Positions 19,260 to 28,331 of a DNA stretch of 64,000 nt are shown one piece after another (within the stretch, counting starts at the first letter, position 1; each line of letters opens with the position of its first letter). The DNA lies in contig NZAC01000002.1 of assembly GCA_002686085.1 (NCBI GenBank), forward strand, positions 45,920-109,919, written 5' to 3'. The notes beneath the pieces were generated by a model. That model searched no databases and was not told the DNA's origin. It saw only the letters and a list, made by a program, of their open reading frames with translations. The stretch comes from Roseibacillus sp. (lineage in GTDB: Bacteria; Verrucomicrobiota; Verrucomicrobiia; Verrucomicrobiales; Akkermansiaceae). Position numbers and translations under genes: made by a program.

Positions 19260-20366
19260 TTATCCTTTATAAATCCGCTCAACTCGAGGGGTGATCCCGG
19301 TAAAAATTTCCCACGGGATCGTTCCAGCTCTGAGCGCCACCTCCTCGACAGGAATATTTGGACCGAAGAGTTCAACCTCATCACCGGGAGAGCACTCAGG
19401 AAGATCAGTCAGGTCTGCCATGACCTGATCCATGGTGATTCTTCCCAGTAGAGGAACTCGTCGGCCTCGAACAAAAACTTCCGGGCTTTGCTCTGTAGTA
19501 ACCCTGGGATAACCATCCCCGTATCCGATCCCGATGGTCCCCACCTTTGTCGTGCGAGTTGTGACGAAAGTTCGTCCATAGGAGATGCCATGGCCAGAGG
19601 GTAGATCCCGAATGACTGCGATCCTGGACTTCAGGGCCATCACGGGCCGTAGCGAGATATCAGCGCTGGTAACGGGGGACACTCCGTAGAGCATCAGCCC
19701 GGGGCGGGCTAGCGTGGTGGTACGGGACTGATATCCGAGAAGTCCTGCTGAGTTAGCGAGGTGAACGTGCGTGAGTTTTTCCCGTTCAGGAAGGGATTCG
19801 ATCAAGGTGTCGAAAGAGTTAAACTGTTTTATGGTAAACGCATCGTCCTCATCGGCGCAGGGCAGGTGGGACCCTATCCCGGTTACTCTAAGGCCGGGGA
19901 GTGCCCGGATGGCGATCAGGGCAGAGGGAGTGTCCGAAGGGAGAAATCCGCCGCGACCCATTCCGGTATCGACGGTAATATGAGCTTCCACGATGGAGCC
20001 TCGGGCGCGAGCGAGCTGGTCGAAGTGTTCTGCCTCCTCCATGGTGTTCAGACAGGGAAGCCATTGACGGGCTACGACTTCCTCTCGCTCGGCAGGAAAC
20101 GTTCCCCCGAGGAGGTAGATGGGAGTCTGGATCCCAGCTTCGGAAAGACGCCTCGCTTCGCCAACATTGGCTACGCCGAAAAACGTGAGGTCCTCCTGGT
20201 CCAAGGTGTTTGCTATTGGTTCCAGCCCGTGGCCATAGGCACTGGCCTTGACCACGGCCATTATCTGCTGGTGACCGAGGTTCCGAGCCGCCCTGAAATT
20301 GTGCCGAAGGGCACCAAGGTCGACCTCAGCCCAAGAGCGGGGAGGGCTTTCGGGGGCAGCACTCAC
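19260..20366 (-). CDS. alr: alanine racemase
   Basis: PLP-lysine motif AVVKASAYGHG. GTG start. Confidence 0.9.
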   Translation of the reverse strand: MSAAPESPPRSWAEVDLGALRHNFRAARNLGHQQIMAVVKASAYGHGLEPIANTLDQEDLTFFGVANVGEARRLSEAGIQTPIYLLGGTFPAEREEVVARQWLPCLNTMEEAEHFDQLARARGSIVEAHITVDTGMGRGGFLPSDTPSALIAIRALPGLRVTGIGSHLPCADEDDAFTIKQFNSFDTLIESLPEREKLTHVHLANSAGLLGYQSRTTTLARPGLMLYGVSPVTSADISLRPVMALKSRIAVIRDLPSGHGISYGRTFVTTRTTKVGTIGIGYGDGYPRVTTEQSPEVFVRGRRVPLLGRITMDQVMADLTDLPECSPGDEVELFGPNIPVEEVALRAGTIPWEIFTGITPRVERIYKG

Positions 20367-20409
20367 GCTTCAGACTCTAGGGATAATGGGAGTTAGGGCA
20401 AACTCACAG

Positions 20410-20431
20410 GGAGCCTCCGGGGGGTGGCTCC
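20410..20431 (-). terminator. hairpin between the small lipoprotein gene and alr (possible terminator or 5' UTR structure)
   Basis: GGAGCC (20410-20415) pairs with GGCTCC (20426-20431). On the minus strand only a weak U-rich stretch follows. Confidence 0.25.
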
Positions 20432-20537
20432 GAGGTTCTCCAGCCCATCTCTTCAGGAAACCGCAGCCTTCCGGACCCCTGCGCTTCGGCAAGGTTGATC
20501 GTTCAGCGTCGAGGGCTGAGAATTAAGAATTAGCGGC

Positions 20538-20678
20538 TTACCTGTTCTTGGCCGCCTCGGACGCATACTGCAGGTCACGTCCGAAACCGGAGATGGTTTC
20601 GCATGAGGTCAGCATCGAAAAGGCGACGAGACTACCAAGGAGGAGCACAAGCTTGAGGATCTTATTACCTGAATTCAT
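20538..20678 (-). CDS. entericidin A/B-like small lipoprotein (46 aa; below the ORF-track length cutoff)
   Basis: Hand translation gives MNSGNKILKLVLLLGSLVAFSMLTSCETISGFGRDLQYASEAAKNR. It has a lipobox-like LTSC followed by a G-x-G-x-D pattern, as in entericidin-family peptides. Confidence 0.5.
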   Translation of the reverse strand: MNSGNKILKLVLLLGSLVAFSMLTSCETISGFGRDLQYASEAAKNR

Positions 20679-20766
20679 TTTGTTTTCTTAATAATTCACA
20701 GATTCTAATCGTTTCCGGCAAGAACCAAATGAGAGTAATGGCGCATCCGGGAGACAGAGCGGGCGG

Positions 20767-21519
20767 CTACTTTTCTTTCGATTTCTCAAAGACCATGAAG
20801 TGTTGCCAAGGCAGTAGCTTGGAATCAGTGCTTTTCCATTTCAATCCAACTGCTTCCATTTCCTTGCGGGACTGAGCTTCCGTCATTTTGTGGAGCGGTT
20901 TGATCGGAACGGTAGGGTCCTCAGCACGGTATTCCAGAAGGATAATGCGCCCCCCAGGCCTCAAGGCCTTGAACAGAGACTGCATCATTTCACGGGGGTG
21001 AGAAAACTCATGATAAGCATCAACCATTAAAGCAGCATCGATCGAGCCTGCTTTGAGCATGGTGTCATCTACTTTTCCGAGATGCGCCTCAACGTTGGCC
21101 AGCCCCAGTGTTTTCTCCTTTCTTTCGAGAAAAGTGATCATTTCGGGTTGGATGTCGACGGCGACGACCTTTCCCTTCGGGACCAGCGGAGCGAGACGAA
21201 AAGTGTAGTAGCCTGAACCCGCTCCTATGTCCGCAATCACATCGGTTGGTTTGAGGTTCAGAGCGGCTATGGCTTTGCTGGGGGCTTCCTCTTCCTCACG
21301 ATTGCCTCGCTCCAGCCAGCGGATGGCTTGGTGCCCCATCACATAGGAGATTTCTCTTCCCATGTAGTATTTGCCGGTTCCATCGAAGGTCTTGCGCCCT
21401 TTTGAGTAGTGACTGGGCCAGGCAGTCTCACCTTTGCTTTTCGGCTTATCTGCACCGGTTTCCCCGAGAGAGACAAAGGGCAGAAGAAGACTAAAGAATA
21501 CGACAGGGAATCGAGCCAT
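20767..21519 (-). CDS. class I SAM-dependent methyltransferase with an N-terminal signal peptide
   Basis: Motif I DIGAGSGYYTF. The ATG at 21519 gives MARFPVVFFSLLLPFVSLG. The ORF-track start at 21537 is a TTG. Confidence 0.75.
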   Translation of the reverse strand: MARFPVVFFSLLLPFVSLGETGADKPKSKGETAWPSHYSKGRKTFDGTGKYYMGREISYVMGHQAIRWLERGNREEEEAPSKAIAALNLKPTDVIADIGAGSGYYTFRLAPLVPKGKVVAVDIQPEMITFLERKEKTLGLANVEAHLGKVDDTMLKAGSIDAALMVDAYHEFSHPREMMQSLFKALRPGGRIILLEYRAEDPTVPIKPLHKMTEAQSRKEMEAVGLKWKSTDSKLLPWQHFMVFEKSKEK

Positions 21520-21734
21520 TGTGACAGATAGGTTCAAGTTTCATGGATAAAGTTCGGCCTTCGCAGGGCTTGGCGCAATCAGAAAGCTCACCACGGGCGC
21601 CTACAGAAACGTAAAGAGTGGGAGTGGAGGCAGTCGCCATAATAAGGGCGATTTGAGAATAAAGGCTCCCGGGAGGGCAACTTCGGCTGTATTTCGGGGT
21701 TTCCTCTGAGACGAATTTCCGTTTGGCCTGTATC

Positions 21735-24176
21735 ATGAAGCTTCCCCCTTTGCTTGCCTGTCTTTTGCTTTGTTGTCTGTCTCCTGCACTTACAGCGCAG
21801 GAAAATCCTCCCAATCGTGGCGGAAATGGTCCGGGTGATGAGCCAAGGGGCGAGCGCGGACCACGGCGAGGTCCGGAACAATTCCTGCGGAGACTTCCTG
21901 TAGTGCAAGCTCTGGACAGCGACGGGGACCTCATTATCAGCGAGGAAGAATTAAAAGACGCGCCTGCGAAGCTGAAAACTCTTGATAAGAACAAGGACCA
22001 GATTCTCGAAGGGGAAGAAATCCTGCCTCCGCCCCCGCAGGGTCGAGAACCCCGAGGAGGGGGGGAAGGCAGGGGCCATGGTAACAGGGGGGGACCAGGA
22101 GGAGATGGATTCCTGATGCGTCTTCCGCTGATGTCGGCTCTCGACCAGGACAGGGATGGGAAAATCTCTGACGAAGAGCGGAAGAAGGCCTCCGGTGCCC
22201 TCGCGAAGCTGGATACAAATAGTGATGGAAGGATTGAAATGAGAGAACTGGCACCTCCTCGCCCTCCCCGCGGAGGACGAGGTCCGGGATTTGGGCCACA
22301 GCCCCAAAACGTGGATCGACAGTCCCCAGATGAGATCGAGATAGAAGATGGGGCGGCCACTATTCCTGACCGTAAATCCTTCGAAACACTCAGCTATCAG
22401 GGGGAAGAGGTCATGATTGATACCCACCTCGCAGGAAATCAGTTCGTCAAATTTCAGATTGAGGGTGCGGATGGAGAAAATCCGGAACTCTATTTCATTA
22501 ATACCAAGACACATCGAGCCCATATGAGATTCATGTCGGCGGTGGGGCTTCCAAGAGCCCGTCCCGGGGAAGGAGGGCAGATGAGGGGAGTGCTCGTTTA
22601 TCGCCCGAGACTGAAGGGGTCGAACGGTGACAGGGGTCTTTACACTTTTGAGTTTAACCCCAATGACCGCTACCCCTACGAAACAATTAAGAAAGCGTAT
22701 GAGCTGCTTATCGGGAAGAGTGCCGAGCTTAGAGGCAGACTGGGTTACTATCCGATGCCTGCTGCTCTGATCCGCTATCACGAGGAAAAAGACCTCTATG
22801 ATGACGCGCCCTTCCGCGTCTATCTGGACGAGGACCTCTTTGGTGATATTGACTACCTTCCCCTTAATCCGGGAGAAAGTTTTGGACGGCTGAGAATTAT
22901 GAAGCTGGATGAGTATCCACGACCTCGCGAGATTGTTCTTTATAGATCCCTTCCGAACGAAATGCCTCGCAGTGCGGGGATTATCACTGAAGTTCGTCAG
23001 ACTCCGCTCTCGCATGTCAATCTGCGAGCGATTCAGGACAAGGTGCCAAATGCGTTCATCGCGGAGGCTTCTCAAATGAAGCAGGTCAGCTCATTGGCAG
23101 GTAAATACGTCTATTATAAGGTTGAGGCTGGGGGTTTCACTCTCCGCGAGGCCAATGATGATGAGGTGGAGGCTCATTTCGCGAAACTCCGTCCAGTAAA
23201 GCCGCAGAGTCCTTCGCGTGATCTGGAGGAAACTCGGATTCGCGCACTGGACGATATCGGTTTCGGGGATTGGAAAAGCGTCGGGGTAAAAGCTGCGAAT
23301 CTTGCGGCAATGAGTTCCTTTGAGCTTTCAGAGGGAGTGATTCCGCAGGGATTTGCCGTGCCGTTTCATTTTTATCATACCTTCATGAAGCATAATGGGT
23401 TTTATGAAAAGGTAGCGGAGCTTTTTTCAGAGCACGAAAAGGGGGGTGACTCAGAGACGCTACGGAAGGCATTGGGCGATTTTCGAAGATTGATTCGAGA
23501 AGGCGATTTTCCCGATGATCTGCGGGAGAGGCTCGCCAAAATACATGCTTCGTTTCCGGAAGGAACCTCCCTGCGCTGCCGCTCAAGTACGAATAATGAA
23601 GACCTGCCCGGATTTAGCGGGGCAGGCCTCTATGACTCCTTTACGCATCGAGTCGATGAGGGGCATCTCGCGAATTCCATCAAGCAGGTCTTCGCTAGCT
23701 TGTGGAATTTTCGGGCAGTACAGGAGAGGGAATTCTATAGAATTGATCATATGCTTACTGCTATGGGTGTACTGATTCACCCCAATTATGATGAGGAAGA
23801 GGCCAACGGAGTGGCCGTAACAACTGACATTCTCTATCGCACGGAAGGAACCTACTACCTGAATACCCAGGTGGGGGAGGACCTCGTCACGAATCCGGAA
23901 GAAGACTCCATTCCAGAAGAACTGCTCCTCGACTGGTTTGATGCAGGTAAGATTAAGGTCATGCGTCGCTCCAATCACGCCAAGGGGGAGCTCATTCTCA
24001 GCGCGAAACATCTGGAACAGCTTCGCGAAGGGCTCGGAATTATTCATAACCGGTTTGCGAAACTTTATGGCTACTCATACGAGGCCAAGGACTTTGCCAT
24101 GGAATTAGAATTTAAGATTACAAAAGAAGGAAAACTCAGCATCAAGCAGGCCCGGCCATGGATTTTCTCGGAGTGA
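21735..24176 (+). CDS. exported EF-hand protein fused to a PEP-utilizer swivel-like domain and a PPDK_N-type ATP-grasp (dikinase-like phosphotransferase)
   Basis: Signal peptide MKLPPLLACLLLCCLSPALTAQ. EF-hand loops DSDGDLIISEEE, DQDRDGKISDEE and DTNSDGRIEMRE. Swivel-like segment EIVLYRSLPNEMPRSAGIITEVRQTPLSHVNLRA. ATP-grasp motif LRCRSSTNNEDLPGFSGAGLYDSF. Confidence 0.65.
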   Translation: MKLPPLLACLLLCCLSPALTAQENPPNRGGNGPGDEPRGERGPRRGPEQFLRRLPVVQALDSDGDLIISEEELKDAPAKLKTLDKNKDQILEGEEILPPPPQGREPRGGGEGRGHGNRGGPGGDGFLMRLPLMSALDQDRDGKISDEERKKASGALAKLDTNSDGRIEMRELAPPRPPRGGRGPGFGPQPQNVDRQSPDEIEIEDGAATIPDRKSFETLSYQGEEVMIDTHLAGNQFVKFQIEGADGENPELYFINTKTHRAHMRFMSAVGLPRARPGEGGQMRGVLVYRPRLKGSNGDRGLYTFEFNPNDRYPYETIKKAYELLIGKSAELRGRLGYYPMPAALIRYHEEKDLYDDAPFRVYLDEDLFGDIDYLPLNPGESFGRLRIMKLDEYPRPREIVLYRSLPNEMPRSAGIITEVRQTPLSHVNLRAIQDKVPNAFIAEASQMKQVSSLAGKYVYYKVEAGGFTLREANDDEVEAHFAKLRPVKPQSPSRDLEETRIRALDDIGFGDWKSVGVKAANLAAMSSFELSEGVIPQGFAVPFHFYHTFMKHNGFYEKVAELFSEHEKGGDSETLRKALGDFRRLIREGDFPDDLRERLAKIHASFPEGTSLRCRSSTNNEDLPGFSGAGLYDSFTHRVDEGHLANSIKQVFASLWNFRAVQEREFYRIDHMLTAMGVLIHPNYDEEEANGVAVTTDILYRTEGTYYLNTQVGEDLVTNPEEDSIPEELLLDWFDAGKIKVMRRSNHAKGELILSAKHLEQLREGLGIIHNRFAKLYGYSYEAKDFAMELEFKITKEGKLSIKQARPWIFSE

Positions 24177-24318
24177 GCCTTTCTTCGTTTGCGGCCGCTG
24201 GAACGCAGTAAACTGAGCATAGAAGAGAGCCTGCCCATAGACCTCTTGCTATCTGACTTAATTTCCATCACGCTGAGGGGCCGTAACATTCAGAGGTCTT
24301 CCACGGGGCCAGAATTCG

Positions 24319-25176
24319 ATGAGAGTCACCCGGATATTTTTCGCAACCATTCTTGTGGTCGCGCTCAGTAGTACGTGGTCAAAGGCGCAGGAGAAAGGTG
24401 CGCGCGCGGATATACTAGAGATTCCCATGGTTCCGTCTGGAGCAGGTGCTCGTTCAGGTTTTCTCGGAGTGGGTGCTGAGGAGCTAACCGCGGAGGAGGT
24501 GGAAAAGCTGGGGATCGCCGGAGGTCTTCGCCTCACGGAAGTTGAGAATGATAGTCCAGCGAATAAAGCAGGGGTTGCGATCGGAGATATTGTCCTGAGG
24601 GTCGAGGGAGAAGAAATTAGCGGCGTGCTTCAGTTTCGCAATGTGATTGCCGGTTATCGGGAGGGCGAGGTCGTTAGGCTCAGGCTGATCCAGAGGGGAG
24701 AGCAGGTGGAGAAGAGAGTGACCTTGGGGAAACGTCCCCCCCTGCCCATGGTGGTCATCCCGCCCGAGGCGATTGAGCAAAAAGGACCCCAAGCTTTGCC
24801 TAACGCTAGGATAGCTGACCCTCGGTTCCAACGGTTCGGTCTGGGAGACGACGGCCAGCGTTTCAAGATGCGAGACAACGATGGGACAGTTGAAGTTGTC
24901 GGTGCCCCAGAAGCGCGCGAGGCCACAGTGTGGGACATGTCTAACAAGGTCGCCTTCGAAGGTCCATGGGTGACCCCACAGGACAAGGCTGTTCCCTCCG
25001 CAAAAACCCGGCAGCGAATCGAAAGGGTCGAAAAAACATTTGCGCTTAGATTGCGGGGTCCCAAGGCCTTTTTGCCGCCGCGGCGCCCTGATCCCGCGCC
25101 TCGTGTTCCGGCAATTCCCCCGCAGCTGAAAAATGCACCTAAGTCGGAGCTCCCTGAGCCGGAACGAGGCAAATGA
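24319..25176 (+). CDS. exported PDZ domain protein
   Basis: Signal peptide MRVTRIFFATILVVALSSTWSKAQE, a PDZ-like region (GGLRLTEVENDSPANKAGVAIGDIVLRVEGEEI) and a Pro-rich tail. Confidence 0.6.
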   Translation: MRVTRIFFATILVVALSSTWSKAQEKGARADILEIPMVPSGAGARSGFLGVGAEELTAEEVEKLGIAGGLRLTEVENDSPANKAGVAIGDIVLRVEGEEISGVLQFRNVIAGYREGEVVRLRLIQRGEQVEKRVTLGKRPPLPMVVIPPEAIEQKGPQALPNARIADPRFQRFGLGDDGQRFKMRDNDGTVEVVGAPEAREATVWDMSNKVAFEGPWVTPQDKAVPSAKTRQRIERVEKTFALRLRGPKAFLPPRRPDPAPRVPAIPPQLKNAPKSELPEPERGK

Positions 25177-25336
25177 GTTCGAATATAGTAGGTATTCAAC
25201 GGAGTTTCACAAAGGTAAGAATCTCTGAGTCCTGAAGGCATTTTCTCATCAGGGCACCCTGATAAAGTGCAAGGTTGGCAAGCGCATCGGCATTGGATAG
25301 ACCATCGGCGAGTTTCACCTGACCAACCGGAATTTC

Positions 25337-28306
25337 ATGCGTTATGCCATTTTCTCGGACGTCCATGCCAACCGGCAGGCGTGGGAGGCGGTGCTTGCAG
25401 ATATCGCGCAGCAAGGCGTGGACACTCTGGTCTGCCTCGGTGATGTCGTTGGTTACGGTCCGAAGCCTCTTGAGGTGCTCGCAGGGGTCAGGGCGGTAAC
25501 CGCTAATTTCGTTCTGGGGAATCACGATGCGGCAGCCTGTGGTCGGCTTGATCCTTCGATCTTTAATGATCGCGCGCGGGTTGTTATCGAATGGACAAGG
25601 GAGCAGCTCGATAATGACGCCCTACAATTTCTTGGGCAGGTGCCCCTCCAGATGAATGGACCAGATGTCTACTTCGTTCATGCCGAGGTAGTACGGCCCG
25701 GGGAGTTCGGCTACGTGGAGGGGGTTTCATCTGCGAAGGCCAATCTGGAGGCAATGGTCGAGACCCTCGGGTTCATTGGTCACACCCATCTGCCGCTTGC
25801 GTATTCAATATCAAAGCGAGGTGGAGCGGTAACGCAGTTGCCTCCGAAGGATTTTCAGCTGGAACGAGGACAGCGCTATCTCGTCAACGTGGGATCTGTT
25901 GGTGAACCCCGGACTACAGACGTTAGAGCCAGCTATGTCATCTATGATGACGCAACCCAAACAGTTTTCTTCCGCAGGGTAGCTTTTGATGTAGAAGCCT
26001 ACAAGAGGGACCTCCAGCAGGCCGGCCTAGAGATTCTCCCATACTTTGTGCAGGTTGTTGATGCTGGGAAGGTGGCAGATGCTCCCCGTCCTTCCGCAGC
26101 GCCACAGCTTGCCCTCGCGCATCTCCCGAAGGTTGGGGAGGTCGTGGCTGGAGGCCAGGGACACTTAGTGATGGGAATGCCTGGAACGGGAGGGCGTCCG
26201 GCGACAGGTATAGGGGGCTCGGTTTCGCAGCCCAAGTCCAGTCTGCCTTGGGTTCTGAGCATTGCTGCCCTTGTCACTATTCTGATAGCGATCATCGCTA
26301 TCGGTATGATGCAGGGCGAAGAGGGTGATGCAGGAGTCGACGTAGAGACAATACCCCGGAGTCCTGAAAAAATTCTGACAAATACGGCTCCCACGAAAGA
26401 GGTTGAGCGAGTGGATACGGTGCAGGGTCCGATTAGAGATTTGATTGTTCAACGATTCGGAAAAAATTTTCGCAGTCTTGCAGAGCTTCGTTCAGAGGCT
26501 GGTGAATTGAATTCAGGCAAGCCAATACCAGAGGGCATGCTGGATCTCGGAGCTGCAGGTAACGAGCCTTCCGGACTAGTGTGGGAGGGCTACTTGCGTG
26601 TTCCAGAGAGAGGATTCTACAAGTTCTCTCTTGAGGCTTCGTCTGGTGCAGCTCTTCTTATCTACGGGGAAGAGCAGGTCTCCTCGATTTCAGGATCGCA
26701 AGAATCAGCTCGAGTTCTCTGTAGAAAGGGCCATGCACCATTCCGTGTAGAATATTTTCAGCAGGGCGGGGAGCAGAGCCCGGGGCTTAGTCTGACTTGG
26801 TCTGGTCCCGGGCTAGGCGGCACGCTTTCTCTGGTGCGCGAGGCAGGCAGTAGTGGGGCGGCGATTGCAGGGAGCCCCTCGCCGGGGGATTCCGAGTCTA
26901 CCTCGACGGATCCTACAGCGCCCGGCAGCACTGCTGAAGACCAGGTGGATCGAACGGCTCCGGAAAGTATGAGCGAGGGCCTGACCGCCTATTGGCCTCT
27001 CGATCGCCGGGCCTCCACAGCCGTTTCGCGTTTTCAAGTGACGGAGCGGGGAGTCGAGGAGAAGCTCATTATGAAAGGTCAGCCCCTGCGTTACCTCCGG
27101 CCGGCTGCTGACCCGGGAGCGCTGAAGTGGGAGAGGCCTGGGTTTGACGACTCAAATGGCTGGCTTGATGGGAGCAATGGCATTGGCTATGAGGATGTTC
27201 CGGGAGCGTTCAAAGAGCTTCTTGAGACTCGGATTGAAACAGCAAAGGGGAAGCACCCACATAGTCTCTATCTGCGAATTCCGTTCGAGGTAAAGGACCC
27301 AAAGGCTTACGAACAACTTGCGCTTTATATTTATTACGACGATGGATTTAAGGCCTATCTGAACGGTTCGGAACTAGGTAGCAGGAATGCGCCTTTTCCT
27401 TTCCTATGGAACTCGGGTTCCGCCAAGAAGAGGAACGATAGTGACGCGGTCAAAGCGGAGGCAATCAGGCTTAGTGCGCGACGGGTCAGCCAACTGGTGA
27501 AGGGGACTAATGTTTTGGCAATTCATGCCCTTAATGACGGGGAGAAGAGTAAGCCCAATGCAACAAATACCAGTTGTGCGAGTACCGATATGCTCATTCT
27601 TGCTCAGCTCGTTGGCTTACGCAAAGACGATCAATTGCCCGAGGAGTCGATTAGCAGGGTGCCAAGCAAACATGAGTTGCCGATCGAAGACGCCATGATC
27701 AAGGGAGAGGTGAAGGTGGTAGACGAGGGCAGATTCGGGGAGGCCTATGACTTTGGTGGAGGCAGCCTTGATATCGGAAGTAAGAATGAGTTCGCGATCG
27801 CGGACCAATCCTTTACTGCGAGTCTTTGGTTCACTAGGAATCCCGGTTCCACTGACGGCCATGCAAGGCGGTTGATCTCTGCGGGGGCCGGTTCGGATCA
27901 GAAGGCGGGTTGGGCGCTTTGGCTTCAGAAGGATGGCACGGGTCTCACCTTTCGCGTGAGTGATGGTGATTCTGGCTCGGACCTTACGGCCAAATACGAA
28001 AGCCTTGTGAATGGTGAGTGGCACCACGTGGCGGTGGTTGTTGAACGAGATAGCAGCAGAGTTCAGGTATTCATCGACGGAGCTTTGGTAGCGGAGAAGG
28101 TTGCTGCGGCCCTGCTTGACGGGCAGACTATCGGAGCTTCCTCGGGGCTTTGCATCGGGCGTAATTCTGATGATCAACAGCATCACTCTGGCAAGATTGA
28201 TGACGTTGCGCTTTGGCGTCGGGCCCTATTGCCGGAGGAAATCGAAAGAATTTTCCAATCGGAGCAATCGGTCGGAGGGCTCTTTGAATTGGATCCGCGG
28301 GATTAA
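25337..28306 (+). CDS. single-pass membrane protein: cytoplasmic metallophosphoesterase with extracytoplasmic PA14-like, beta-sandwich and LamG-like domains
   Basis: Metallophosphoesterase motifs SDVHAN, LGDVVGYGP, GNHD and GHTH. TM helix LPWVLSIAALVTILIAIIAIGMM (26243-26311). PA14-like region GLVWEGYLRVPERGFYKF. LamG-like region GEWHHVAVVVERDSSRVQVFIDG...GKIDDVALWRRAL. Confidence 0.7.
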   Translation: MRYAIFSDVHANRQAWEAVLADIAQQGVDTLVCLGDVVGYGPKPLEVLAGVRAVTANFVLGNHDAAACGRLDPSIFNDRARVVIEWTREQLDNDALQFLGQVPLQMNGPDVYFVHAEVVRPGEFGYVEGVSSAKANLEAMVETLGFIGHTHLPLAYSISKRGGAVTQLPPKDFQLERGQRYLVNVGSVGEPRTTDVRASYVIYDDATQTVFFRRVAFDVEAYKRDLQQAGLEILPYFVQVVDAGKVADAPRPSAAPQLALAHLPKVGEVVAGGQGHLVMGMPGTGGRPATGIGGSVSQPKSSLPWVLSIAALVTILIAIIAIGMMQGEEGDAGVDVETIPRSPEKILTNTAPTKEVERVDTVQGPIRDLIVQRFGKNFRSLAELRSEAGELNSGKPIPEGMLDLGAAGNEPSGLVWEGYLRVPERGFYKFSLEASSGAALLIYGEEQVSSISGSQESARVLCRKGHAPFRVEYFQQGGEQSPGLSLTWSGPGLGGTLSLVREAGSSGAAIAGSPSPGDSESTSTDPTAPGSTAEDQVDRTAPESMSEGLTAYWPLDRRASTAVSRFQVTERGVEEKLIMKGQPLRYLRPAADPGALKWERPGFDDSNGWLDGSNGIGYEDVPGAFKELLETRIETAKGKHPHSLYLRIPFEVKDPKAYEQLALYIYYDDGFKAYLNGSELGSRNAPFPFLWNSGSAKKRNDSDAVKAEAIRLSARRVSQLVKGTNVLAIHALNDGEKSKPNATNTSCASTDMLILAQLVGLRKDDQLPEESISRVPSKHELPIEDAMIKGEVKVVDEGRFGEAYDFGGGSLDIGSKNEFAIADQSFTASLWFTRNPGSTDGHARRLISAGAGSDQKAGWALWLQKDGTGLTFRVSDGDSGSDLTAKYESLVNGEWHHVAVVVERDSSRVQVFIDGALVAEKVAAALLDGQTIGASSGLCIGRNSDDQQHHSGKIDDVALWRRALLPEEIERIFQSEQSVGGLFELDPRD

Positions 28307-28331
28307 AATATGGGGAAGGTCCCGGGCAGCC

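Noticed and set aside
21491-23075. Long minus-strand ORFs (289 aa and 374 aa) antisense to the EF-hand/dikinase-like gene.
   Set aside because: Their sequences are low-complexity (P/R/S/G-rich) or random-looking with no recognisable motifs. They fully overlap a plus-strand ORF that has strong domain signatures. Long shadow ORFs of this kind are expected opposite real genes when the sense codon bias leaves few stop codons in the antisense frames.
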